From Octopus sinensis (lineage: Eukaryota), in assembly GCF_006345805.1 (NCBI RefSeq), contig NC_042997.1:61442001-61506000 (forward strand): DNA of 64,000 nucleotides, read 5' to 3'. This document shows, piece after piece, positions 11,401 through 23,568 of this stretch (within the stretch, counting starts at the first letter, position 1; every line of letters begins with the position of its first letter). A model generated the notes under the pieces. That model saw nothing but the letters and a program-made list of their open reading frames with translations, was not told the DNA's origin and made no database searches. Both the position numbers and the translations under genes were made by a program.

Positions 11401-11690
11401 GTATAGAGGGGGGAGTTTTGTCATTGTATGGGTGTAGTTTCATTTGTGATGGTGGTTTGTTGGTGATTTTTAATATGTTCTGTATATTTGGGTTAGTTAT
11501 GTATTATTCTAGTGTGTATAATTGTATACATATGATTGGTGTGAGTGGGATTACGCCCATTTTTGGGGATGTATGTGTTTATTTGTCCGTATAGGGCGGG
11601 AGTGGCCGTTTGGTGTATATGTTGAGGCTCACATGCAATTCCAGGTACGCGCGAATGAAGTGGGCACTTATATTGTTATGGGTGTGTATA
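8500..11690 (-). mobile_element. Non-coding Penelope-like (PLE) remnant or complex repeat with degenerate ~700-800 bp tandem units and an inverted copy
   Basis: Terminal hammerhead ribozyme at 8591-8633 (typical of PLE pseudo-LTRs); block GCTCT(A/G)GAAA...TTATGAATG at ~9061, ~9759, ~10562; strong A/C skew. No RT or GIY-YIG coding seen. Confidence 0.5.
8591..8633 (-). ncRNA. Minimal type I hammerhead ribozyme
   Basis: Minus strand reads CCAC-CUGAAGA-UUGUC(GAUCAA)GACAA-GAAA-CAAUUGU-A-GUGG: stem I CCAC/GUGG, canonical core, 5-bp stem II, palindromic stem III ACAAUUGU, GUA cleavage triplet. Confidence 0.85.
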
Positions 11691-11825
11691 CTTTATTATA
11701 ACAGACAATACCCAAATAAAAACTGTCAATTCAACATACCAAATAAAAAACAAAAAACAAAGGGATCGTAAACATTCACACATACATACAAAAACTCAAT
11801 AAAAACACCACTAAATAACACCCAT

Positions 11826-11860
11826 ATATATAATTATATACAAATATATATATATATTAT

Positions 11861-11897
<37 letters not shown>

Positions 11898-11925
11898 TAT
11901 ACAAATATATAATATATATTATTAT

Positions 11926-11978
<53 letters not shown>

Positions 11979-12020
11979 TATACAAATATATATATATATA
12001 ATTATATATAAACATATATA
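11826..12020. repeat. (TA)n-rich microsatellite
   Basis: Direct inspection. Confidence 0.95.
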
Positions 12021-13139
12021 TACATACACAACCACACACATATATATTTATTCATAAAAATCATATGCACAGTGAGAATCTTCTTTATGATTCATTATTA
12101 CAAGGGACTCTGGGACACCCAATGTTTCAACTTGTGTCTTGTCAGGCAAGGGCACTACTGAGTTTGTGGTACTTCTTTATAACTTTAGAAGCAAATTGTT
12201 TGTTGATGCATGGTGAACAGTGGAATCAAAATGATGACTTGTATATTTATTCTTAATACATTCTTGCATATATAGCAGCATCAGTCCCAAGCAATGATTA
12301 GGAATAAACAAACTTTAAGGTAGTTGAAATATGTTTGGGACATATTTTAAATTCTACAGGTAAATCCACTGCAGTTATCACAGAGGAAATATTCTCTCTT
12401 ATAGTAAAAGATGTAAAAGATGTGTGTGTTCTGTGTGTACATAAATGGAATTATGCAATATCTCTTGAAGCCTCTTGTATTTGTTTACAATATATATGTA
12501 AGTAGATGTTAATTTACAGTAACTTCTTACCTGTACGTGCTTTCTTACCTGTATGTGCCTTTCTTTTAGCAAATGGTTATGATGCAACTAAAATGTTCCT
12601 ATTTCCCTAACGACTCAGAATAACATGACATAAGTAGAAAAATATCTTATTTTACATAATGTGTGAACCACCTTCCAAAATATTTCAACCTTTAATTATT
12701 CAAATATGTATAAAAGAAGTGACAGCTTCCAACTGTGTGCATGCACACACAAGCACACCTGCGCACGTATGCAGGTGTGCACACACAAGAAAGAGCAGTT
12801 CAGAATTTGTTGGAAGTTCTTTTTAAGCAGGCCATAATATGTAAAAGACACCACTTCTTTTAATGAAGATAACTTGTGGATATATAATTTCATAGAGAAG
12901 AATTTTGATTTTATGAATTAATGACTCTTAAATTGCATTTATATTATCAATGACCTTATTTGCATTGATTCCTTTCTCTGGTTGACTATTGAATATACCT
13001 GATATTTTAGCTTTGAATATTTCTTGCTACTTTTGTCTTTCAGAATTTCTTGGAAAATTTCATATTTGCCTCACATGTCAAGCTCACAATATTTCCTATC
13101 ATTATCACAATCATGTTTACATAAATTTTTTTTATAGTC

Positions 13140-13500
13140 ATAGAAAATATTCATCTTTTTTTGTCATTTCACCTTTAAGGCCCATCATCCTGAGATCTAA
13201 CATTACCACTTCTTTCCACATCCTCTGCATTACTCTCCACAACCAACATATAACACTTTCCATCCAGTATACATCTTTTATTCGCATGACATCACATTGC
13301 CATTCACATGTTTTTCTTATGTATATTAGCTGATGACTTTTATTGTCCCATCACTTTCTTTGCTCACTTGTGTTTAGCCTTTCATTCAAGTTAGCATCAC
13401 ACATCCAGAGCATTACTCTCATTATATTTCTTTCAAGTTTGTGCCGATTGTCTAGATTTAATTTATGTCATACAAGCATGTAGCATCACTTTTCTCATAA
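13140..13500 (-). mobile_element. Old degraded RTE LINE C-terminal fragment
   Basis: Minus strand gives remnants LERNIMRVMLWMCDANLNER and a ...DLRMMGL..EMT-like segment, matching the RTE C-terminus of copy 1. Confidence 0.55.
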
Positions 13501-13881
13501 TTGCTTTATAGAAGCTGCCTTTTCGCAGATATAACATTGCTAACAGCTAATATTTAATAAAAAAAGACTCACTTCTGTCCATATCTTCACTCTGTGACTT
13601 TGATTGAAATTTTTGCTCAAAACCATTTCTTTTCATGCCATTTATGTTAACAATGTCATCAGAAAATGAATAAAGATCATGCATTTCCTTTTCAGCTAAC
13701 CTATAAATTTTTGTATTTGTGTCAGAAATCAATATATTGTTATCAAATCTAGTAAACGACTTCTTTGCTCAAATGTTTTTTATCATTTTCTATCCACTAG
13801 TATTTTTTTTCCCCTTTATAGACATATTTCCATGTTAGATTGGAATATCTTAAACATGGTACTTTCTTTCTCAATCTCCAT

Positions 13882-13887
<6 letters not shown>

Positions 13888-13922
<35 letters not shown>

Positions 13923-13951
13923 ATATAGATATATATATTTATATAGATATA

Positions 13952-13985
<34 letters not shown>

Positions 13986-14016
13986 TATGTATATATATGT
14001 ATAGATATGTATATAG

Positions 14017-14061
<45 letters not shown>

Positions 14062-14107
14062 GATATATATAGAGGTATATATATATATATATAGATGTAT
14101 ATATATG

Positions 14108-14192
<85 letters not shown>

Positions 14193-14204
14193 GTATATAT
14201 TATA

Positions 14205-14241
<37 letters not shown>

Positions 14242-14290
14242 TTTTATTATTTATATATATATATATATGTATATATTATATATATATATT

Positions 14291-14322
<32 letters not shown>

Positions 14323-14512
14323 TTTATTATATATATAATTATTTATATATATATTTATATATATATATGTATATATAATATATATATTATATATATATGG
14401 TATGATATAGATATATATTTATATATATATATTTATTATATATATGTAATATATATATTTATATAGTATATATATATATATATATTTATATATGTATATA
14501 TATATATATTTA

Positions 14513-14551
<39 letters not shown>

Positions 14552-14592
14552 ATGTATATATATATGTATATATATATATGTATATATATATT

Positions 14593-14627
<35 letters not shown>

Positions 14628-15081
14628 GTATATAATATATGTATATATATATATATGTATATATATATATGGATATATATATATATGATATATATATTAT
14701 ATGTATATATATATATGTATATATATATTATGTATATATATATATGATATATATATTATATGTATATATATATATGTGTATTATATATATATGTATATAT
14801 TATATGTATATATATATATATGTATATATATATATGTATATATATATATGCTCTGTCTGGCACCTGTGCGGGTGGCACGTAAAAAGCACCCACTACACTC
14901 TCGGAGTGGTTGGCGTTAGGAAGGGCATCCAGCCGTAGAAACATTGCCAGATTTGACTGGGCCTGATGAAGCCTTCTGGCTTCACAGACCCCAGTAGAAC
15001 CGTCCAACCCATGCTAGCATGGAAAACGGACGCTAAACGATGATGATGATGGTTGATGATATATATGTAGATATATATATG

Positions 15082-15114
<33 letters not shown>

Positions 15115-15161
15115 GTATATATATATGTATATGTATATATGTATATATATATATATATGTG

Positions 15162-15192
<31 letters not shown>

Positions 15193-15428
15193 GTATATAT
15201 ATATATGTATATATATATGTATATATGTATATATATATGTATATATATATATGTATAATATATATTGTATATATTATATATGTATATATATATAGTTATA
15301 TAGTATATATAGTTATATATATATATTATGTATATATATATATATGTATATATGTATATTATATGTTATATATTATATATATATAGTATATATATATATA
15401 TGATATGTATATATATATATGTATATAT
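13888..15428. repeat. ~1.5-kb complex (TA)n/(TATG) microsatellite, interrupted by an RTE 3' tail
   Basis: Direct inspection; the YI-repeat ORFs here are artefacts. Confidence 0.97.
14851..15052 (+). mobile_element. Solo RTE 3'-terminal fragment
   Basis: GGCACGTAAAAAGCACCCACTACAC...CCATGCTAGCATGG...AAAC(GAT)n matches the end of RTE copy 1. Confidence 0.9.
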
Positions 15429-15794
15429 AAAAGGTCACATGTCAAAAACGATATATTAGAATTCGAAGTATATTACTCAATATTTATTCAGTAAGTGAAG
15501 AAACTAAGCAAGATCTGTACATAATTTCATAGACATTCTCAGTGATGACAAATGCTTTCTAGTATCCCCAATATAACAGAGTAAGGATGATTTGTTGCTA
15601 GAATAAATCCTATATCTAGGCTGAGGAAATAGAATGAATTCAATGTACAAGAGGAATAGAATATGCTTATTGTAGTGGCCACAATTAATTTCAGATAATT
15701 TATATATTCAATATATATCATTTTTAAAATATGTATGAATATATTTTAAAATATGCTTAAAATAATATATGTATAAAATGAATTTGACTACACT

Positions 15795-16022
15795 TTAACT
15801 CTTTAGCATTCAAACAGGCCATATCAAACCAAAATATTCTACTTGTTTTATGTTCAAACCAACCAGATCTGATCTCATACACCTACCCTACAATGTCATT
15901 CTAAAAATAAACAGTCATGTCATTGGAGTCTTGAAGCTGCAAGATAATGCATAATTAGTTAAAAACCTTGTGAATAAATAAGCATTGCATTTGATAATGT
16001 AATCTGAATGTTAAAAGGTTAA
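15795..16022. mobile_element. piggyBac-like MITE, copy 1
   Basis: Ends TTAA-C(T)CTTTAGCATT ... AATG(T)TAAAAGG-TTAA; internal homology to 17418-17629. Confidence 0.7.
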
Positions 16023-17417
16023 AGGTAGTTAATATAGTGATTGAGGTGGGAGAAGTTAAAGTTACTTTTGTTTTATGTTTTCATTTTGTTTTCTGTACTG
16101 TCTACTTACATTAAAAAAATTATTGATGACCCATTAATTTTTATATGTGAGGTGTATACAGTATGGTATATGAGGTTAGATCTGTCTGTGTGGGTCAAAA
16201 TATGAGAAGAAAATCTGAATTTTGAAAGCTTTGATCTTAACTGTTATACATTTTATGTTGTTCTTACTGCTGCATAGCTAATAATTACTAGATTTTCTAT
16301 TTAGTATCTGAATGAGAAGAACATATTCATAATTCATATGTATCCTATGCTTTGAGAGTTAAAGAGATTAACTAAAAATAATCTGAAAATTTTAAAGTTT
16401 GTGTACTACAGAGATACACAGGACTTTCAAAGTTCTTTAAGTGCGTATGGAATGAAGAATGGCTTATGAATTTACTGTGGGTTTTGGAGAATAAAGTAGA
16501 ATGTGAGTGTTAAAAGACAGAATAATAATTATAATGTGTTAATTTAAAGAGAAGTCAAATGTAAACTGAAGAATCTGAAAATCAACATCTGTTTTAGAAA
16601 ACCAGCATCTGTTATAAGTGACAAAGAAAGAAGGGACACAATGTTAGTAAGCTAGGGATTGAGGTCTTTTATTGAACAAGAGTTTATTGATTATGTCAGA
16701 GACTATCTTTTCATCACAGGATTCCATTCAGCAAATATGGCATGAGTAAGGAAGAGGGTGAGGCTATATAAACATGTCATTAATTAAAATGAGTACAACT
16801 ATGGCTGTGTCATAAAGAAAGTTACTCTGCAATCATGTACTTCTAGATTCTATCCAACTACATGGCACCTGGGGTTGATATCTACTATAGTTTGGGTTGA
16901 CGAATACCGTGGAGGTGGAATGTAGTGCATGGAAACTGTGCCGAAGCCTATTTTATGTTCATCTTGTGCTCATCAAATAAGTAACTTCATCACTCCATAA
17001 GATATTGATGTACAAAATAAATACCAGACTGAAATGAGTAATGATTGAATAAAACCTTTGGATAACATGTCCCAGCATAGATACAGTCCAACAGTTGAAA
17101 CTATAACAGCATGAAAGAGAAAAAGAATGCTATAGCTAGATTCCAGTTATTGAATAAGGTATGCTAAACCAGAATTTCAGTAATTAAATAAGGTCTTCTG
17201 CACCTACACCTGAATAAATTGTTTTATGCTAGGATTTTAGTAATTATGCCAGGTACAAGATGTTTCTCTGTATTTGGATGTACATTGACTTTGTAAAGTT
17301 GTTCTTCATTGACATATATATTTCTTGTCTCTAAAGAGAGGAGCTAAGTTGTTTTGCGTTATGTGTTCTTTAAAGTTAGGATGAAAGGTAAAGTAGCAGT
17401 GAAGTAACAGAGTTAGT

Positions 17418-17629
17418 TTAACCCTTTAGCCTCTAAACCAGCCATATCCAGTCCAAATATTCTACCTGTTTTAATGTTTGAACCAGCCAGATCTAACTTT
17501 CACACCTACTGTACAAAATAATCACATCATCAAAGGTTCAAAGCTACAAGACCGTGCATGATTAATTTAAAACAATGTGAATAAATAAGCATTACATCAG
17601 ACAGAGTAATCTAAATGCTAAAAGGTTAA
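17418..17629. mobile_element. piggyBac-like MITE, copy 2
   Basis: TTAA-CCCTTTAGC ... GCTAAAAGG-TTAA terminal inverted repeats with TTAA flanks. Confidence 0.75.
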
Positions 17630-18936
17630 TTGACATGTAGTGCCTCACAAGCTTTTTCAAGCTAGAGACCATGGCTAAGAATCTCAGATGGATCATGATA
17701 ATGCTGCTTGTGCTTTAAGGGATTAATTAGGATGTGAGAGCCAATGACCACAATATTCTTCAGAAGTGCAATGACCAAGCTGTTATTGCCTTTGAAAGAC
17801 ATGTTTGACACAAATGTAAGTTGTCATCAGCTGAAGTAGAAGCTCCATGTTACTTGTCAACAGCTACAATTGCAAAGAATCAAATCAGTTCCTCATAGTT
17901 TCAACCAAGTGTTACTTGATATTTACAAGTAGTTAATTCCTGTTTATCACTCATTGATTATAGAATATATTGGCTCATTGTACTGATATAATTACTTCAA
18001 TCTTTATTTAAAGATGAGAAATGGTGATGGTTTGTACACTTAAAATTGGTACATATGGACTTATTGATATATCTAAACATAATTAAATATTAAAATATTT
18101 TCAAATACTCTGTTTTCATGAGATTTTTATTTATTTATTTATTTATTTCCAGTATAAAATATATTTATTATGATATTGTTCACTTGTGACTCATAATGTG
18201 TTCTTATTTCTTTGTGATAAAACAAAACAAAGCTAGACTAAATAATTAGTATGTAGGCTGACTAATATATTATTATATATAAAAAATCAATTTATATTCA
18301 ACGAGATTATATATCCATAACAATGTCTTGAAATATAATCTGTTACCATATAGAATGACATATATAATCTGTTTTTGTAATAATAATAATAATCATCATC
18401 ATCATCATATGTCGATTTTCCATACTGGCATGGGTTCGATGGTTTGACTGAAAACTAAACTAGGGAACTGCACCAGGTTCCAATCTGATTTGGTATGGGA
18501 TTGGAGTATATACATATATATATATTATTTATATTATTATTTGATTGAATGCCACGCATCCTTTTCCAAGTAAGTTTACATGTGTGTGTGTGCATGTGTA
18601 CACACACACAACTGTATTGTGTATCTATGTATGTGCATCTGTTTTTGTATATAATATGTTGTTTACATAATCTATTGCTGTATATTTGTTTTTGTTGACA
18701 AGCTTTAATAACTCTATGGCATAGATGTAGCTAGCAAACACTCAGAATCATTTGATTGAACAAATCTTTGATGAGAGGTATTTCAATCTTGACTAGCATG
18801 CCTTTTTACTGTTCAGAGCAAAGTGTCTCCCAGGCTACTTTATACTGTGACTCCTTTTTGTAAAATGTAAGGCATGAATTGAAGGAAATTTGGCTCTATT
18901 TGTAGCAAGTCAAGTCAAGTCATCATATATAGGCTC

Positions 18937-19330
18937 TTAGTGCTGATAGATAAGAGCCAGGCTGTGAGCTTTACAGTTTTCGAGTTTGTGGCACCCCAGT
19001 TCTGTGTTCAAGTTATACTGGGTCAAAATATTTTTTATTACTTCCAGAAATGTCAAAATAAAGTCTAATAAGATGCTAGGTTTGGTTACTTCATCTGTAT
19101 CATCTTTCTTTACAAAACTGGTCATGTCACTAATCCAGAACAAATCCTAACCATGTAGTTAAATTTTCATGGAAGCGATTATCTATAAAATGAAGGTATT
19201 TTCTTTTGTAAATGAATGACCTATCTCCTCGTTAATCCACTATGAAATTCAGAATAGATTGTTCAATGTAGTTCCAGTTCAGAAATAGACTTAAAAGTGT
19301 TTTGAGATAAGAGTTGTCAGAACATGTGTT
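18937..19330 (-). pseudogene. Probable degraded LINE AP-endonuclease remnant
   Basis: ORF 18937-19143 contains VTKPSILLDFILT...LG-HKL, resembling the APE C-terminal motifs (..LDLILT...LG.SDH); stops in upstream frames. Confidence 0.35.
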
Positions 19331-19689
19331 AAACGAAAAAGATTTCTCAAAATAAAATCTCTCTCAATATATTCCCTCATTCCCTCAGTTTGTGCATTTT
19401 CTTTTATATACTTTGCTTTTCTTTGTTTTCTTATTTTGATCATACAACATTGAGTTGATTGATTGATAGAATTTTATAGATCTCCATCACAAATCCTATT
19501 GTAGATGGGACTCTGTATCAGAATACTATCAACTTATAAACATTATATGATCAGTTGAAAGAACATTTAAAAATATTTTGTGTGTGTGCGTGTAGGCATG
19601 TATCTTCTTTACAGCAAGACATGTTCCTGTCCCTCTATTTTAGTTTAACCTCACACCACCTGACATGAAGCCACTTCCCTCGATATCAT

Positions 19690-19920
19690 TTCATCTCTCA
19701 GTTGATGGGACTTTGTCTTGCAAGTTGCTTGGAGACTTCACCAGTGCCAATTCCACATAAAAAGCACCCATTACACGCTGTAAAGTGGTTGGCATTATGA
19801 AGGGCATCCAGCTAGAGAAACTATGCCAAAGCTGACAGTAAAGTTTGGTGCAGTTCTCTGGCTTGTCAGTTCCAGTCAAACCATCATGGAAAAAAGATAT
19901 TGAATGATGATTATGATAAT
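19690..19920 (+). mobile_element. Old solo RTE 3' tail
   Basis: CACATAAAAAGCACCC...GAAGGGCATCCAGCT...CATGGAAAA followed by a decayed (GAT)n. Confidence 0.7.
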
Positions 19921-19947
19921 ATATATATATCTATAATACATATATAT

Positions 19948-21617
19948 CTTTGACTGGGTCCCCCAATCCCTTATCTGGTGGGTGATGCAGAAAGTGAGGA
20001 TTGACGAATGGTTAATAAGGGCTATACAGGTCCTATACAGAGATGCCATTGGTAAGGTTAGGATTGGCAATGAGTATAGTGAAGAATTCCGGGTAGAAGT
20101 AGGGGTCCACCAAGGATCAGCCCTCAGCCCCCTCTTATTCATCATAGTTCGCCAGGCAATAACAGAGGAATTCAAGACAGTTTGCCCCTGGGAGCTCCTC
20201 TATGCTGATGACCTAGCCCTTATATTAGAATCACTAGCAGAACTAGAGAATAAATTTCAGGTGTGGAAGCAAGGTTTAGAATCAAAGGGCCTTAGAGTCA
20301 ATGTCACAAAGACCAAAGTTCTAGTAAGTAGGAAGACAAACACACCACACACCCCTTCAGGTAGGTGGCCCTGCTCGATCTGTAGAAAAGGTGTAGGTAG
20401 AAACTCCGTAAGATGTACCCAGTGTAAGCTATGGACACATAAGAGGTGCAGCAACATCAAAGGAAGATTAACTGGGAAGATAGCTTTTGTGTGCAGCAGA
20501 TGCACAGGGGCAATAAACACCACAGATATTCAGAAAACAGATTCCATCACATGCCAGGGGGAGAAACTAGAAATAGTTGATAGCTTCCATTATCTAGGTG
20601 ACCAAGTTAGTAGTGGGGGTTAATGCTCATAGAGTGCTACCACTAGAATAAGAATAGCCTGGGCAAAGTTCAGAAAGCTTCTACTCCTACTGGTGACAAA
20701 GGGCCTCTCGCTCAGAGTGAAAGGTAGATTGTATGGTGCATGTATGCGAACTGCCATGTTTCACTGGCCCATGACTACTGAAGACATGTGCAGGCTCAAA
20801 AGAAATGAAGCTAGCATGATCCGCTGGATGTGTAATGTCAGTGTGCATACAGGACAGAGTGTAAGCGCCCTGAGAGAAATGTTGGACATAAGAAGCATCA
20901 GATGTGGTGTGCAAGAGAGACATTTGCGTTGGTATGGTCATGTACTATGGATGAATGAGAGCTGTATGAAGAAGTGCCACTCCCAAGCAGTGGCAGGGGT
21001 AGAAGGAGACTCAGGAAGACATGGGATGAGGTGGTGAAGCATGACCTTCAAACGTTGGGCCTCACAGAGGCAATGATGAAAGACCGAGACCTCTGGAGAT
21101 ATGCTGTGACTGACAAGACCCGGCAAATAAAGTGAGTTCACAGCTGTAACCTACACCAGTGTTGCATAACCAGCCCATTCAAAAAGTACCTTGGATCATA
21201 GGGCAACATGCTGTACTTGAGGAGACCTATTGAGTCAAGTACATCAAAATCAAATCAAATCAAACCAAAATCAAATGGAAATTGTAGTTGTGGTCTCCAT
21301 GCTGGTAGCACGTAAAAGGCATCATCCAAACGTGGCCGATGCCAGTGCCACCTTGACAGGCTTCCATGCCAGTGGCACATAAAAAGCAACATCCAATCAT
21401 GGTCGTTCTCAGCCCCCTCTGGCCCCTGTGCCAGTGACACATAAAAAAAGCACCCACTACACTCTCAGAGTAGTTAGTGTTTGGAAGGGTATCCAGGAGT
21501 AGAAACACTGCCAGATCAGACTGGAGCCTGGTGCAGCCTCCTGGCTTCCCAGAGCCCAGTCGAACCATCCAACCCATGCCAGCATGGAAAACAGACGTTA
21601 AACGATGATGATGATGA
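19948..21617 (+). mobile_element. 5'-truncated RTE LINE (copy 2, more diverged subfamily)
   Basis: ORFs 19982 and 20693 encode GVHQGSALSP, LLYADD, the PHD-like finger and the RTE C-terminus; 3'UTR ends in (GAT)n at ~21617. Confidence 0.95.
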
Positions 21618-21988
21618 AGGGGGTACTGAAAAGTCCCTGGTTTTAAAGTTATCGTGAAAGACCTGGTTGGAAGCCCAACCTTCTGAGTTCTTTTACAAGG
21701 CTTAGAAAAACTGAAGGATCACTGCAATAAGTGTGTGAATCTGAGAGGGGAATATGTTGAATAAAATCCTAATTAACTGTTCCTGTTGTATTTTCTTTTA
21801 AAGCCAGGAACATGAATTGTTAATGAACTAACTAATACATTTTACGTTTTGAACAAAAGCTTGTATTAGTTTAATTGCCATATAAGCATCTTTGAAATGA
21901 TGAACAATTAGAAAGATGTTGAGTGTTTAATGAATTCAAACTTTACAAAGAAAATAAAAAATTACCTATTATCTAACCTGTTGCATAG

Positions 21989-22028
<40 letters not shown>

Positions 22029-22049
22029 TTGTGTGCGTGTGTGTGTGTG

Positions 22050-22455
22050 TGTGGTTGCATAGTAAAAGTTTTGTTTCTCAACCACACAGTTCTGGGTTCA
22101 GTCCCACAGTAAGGCACCTTGGGCAAGTGTCTTCTATAGCCTCAGGCCAACCAAAGCCTTGTGAGTGGCTTTGGTAGGTAGAAACTGAAAGAAGCTTGTT
22201 GTGTATATATATATATATATCTGTGTGTGTGTTTGTCTTTGTGTTTATGTTTGTCCACACTGCCACTTGACAACTGGTGTTGGTGTGTTTATGACCCTGT
22301 AACTTAGCAGTTCAGCAAAAGATATGGATAGAATAAATACCAGGCTTTAAAAAACAGTACTGGAGTTGATTCATTCAGTTAAAAATTCTGCAAACCAATG
22401 CCTCAGGATGGCCACAGTCTAACAACTGAAACAAGTAAAAAGATGAAATGAAAGG
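22050..22455 (+). mobile_element. tRNA-derived SINE (abundant family, CORE/OR-like)
   Basis: GGTTCAGTCCCAC B-box-like head, CCTTGGGCAAGTGTCTTCT central block, CCAAAGCCTTGTGAGTGG, GTAACTTAGCAGTTC, 3' GAAACAAGTAAAA. Family name from recall. Confidence 0.8.
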
Positions 22456-22525
22456 TTTGTGTGTGTGTGTGCATACACGCATGTGTAAATATATTTTTAT
22501 ATATGTGTATGTGTATATATATATA

Positions 22526-22800
22526 TTTTGCTCAAGAACACAATACCACCCAGTCTAGGAATTGAAATCATGATCTAGCGATTGTGAATGCAACGCTTTA
22601 ACCACTAAGCCATGCACTTCATCTTACTTGGCTCTGTGATCACTTCAACATCTCACATGTAGTACACCATGCACCTGTTTAGACAACGTTGATTTGTTGA
22701 GAGAGTGAGCTAATGTGTGACATGAGCATTTGATCCCTATAAACAAATCATTTGTGCAAGATGTTCGGCAAATATTGAAAGCTGATGTGTTGTCTTCAAC
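22526..22800. mobile_element. tRNA-derived SINE with inverted 5' half
   Basis: Head and linker on the minus strand (22526-22617); body GCACTTCATCTTAC... on the plus strand (22614-22800). Compare the colinear copy at 63556-63760. Confidence 0.75.
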
Positions 22801-22930
22801 AGGTGAGTCCATCATATATATGTAAATATATATATGTGTGTGTGTGTGTGTAAATATACATATATGTATATAGGTTTAAATATATACATGTGTGTATCTC
22901 TTGCTGTCTGTCTATCTCTCTCTCTCTCCC

Positions 22931-22966
<36 letters not shown>

Positions 22967-22967
<1 letters not shown>

Positions 22968-23326
22968 ATACAAGAAGTAAATATATGGCACAACGAAGTA
23001 CCGATATTTACTGGAAATAGCGAACGTAATAATACGACGCTAATGTATAGCTTCACCGCGTATGTACTAGCAAAAATGCGTGTGTGCAACAAACTAGAAA
23101 AAATTGTCTTACCTCCAGGGAGAACATCTGAAAGATGAAATACCTTTTCCAGGTATTTCATCTTTCAGATGTTCTCCCTGGAGGTAAGACAATTTTCTAG
23201 TTTGTTGCACACACGCATTTTGCTAGTACATACGCAGTGAAGCTATACATTAGCGTTGTATTATTACATTCGCTATTTCCAGTAAATATCGGTACTTCGT
23301 TGTGCCATATATTTACTTCTTGTATA
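22967..23326. repeat. Long near-perfect palindrome (arms ~179 and ~176 bp, 5-nt spacer)
   Basis: 22967-23145 is the reverse complement of 23151-23326; spacer TTTCC at 23146-23150. Confidence 0.97.
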
Positions 23327-23568
23327 TTTTTCCCTCATGGGCTATTCTTTACTGGAAAGCAATACTCTAGTATTGCATTACTAATATATATACCTATATA
23401 TATGTATGTATATACATGTGAATGTATACATGTATATATATATTTAAATATATATATATATATATATACATGTGTGTATATATATATATATATATACATG
23501 TGCATATATATATATATATATATGTATATATGCACATATGTGTGTGTGTGTGTGTGTAGATCCTAGCA

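Noticed and set aside
14095-15386. Tyr/Ile-rich ORFs
   Set aside because: Translations of (TA)n microsatellite.
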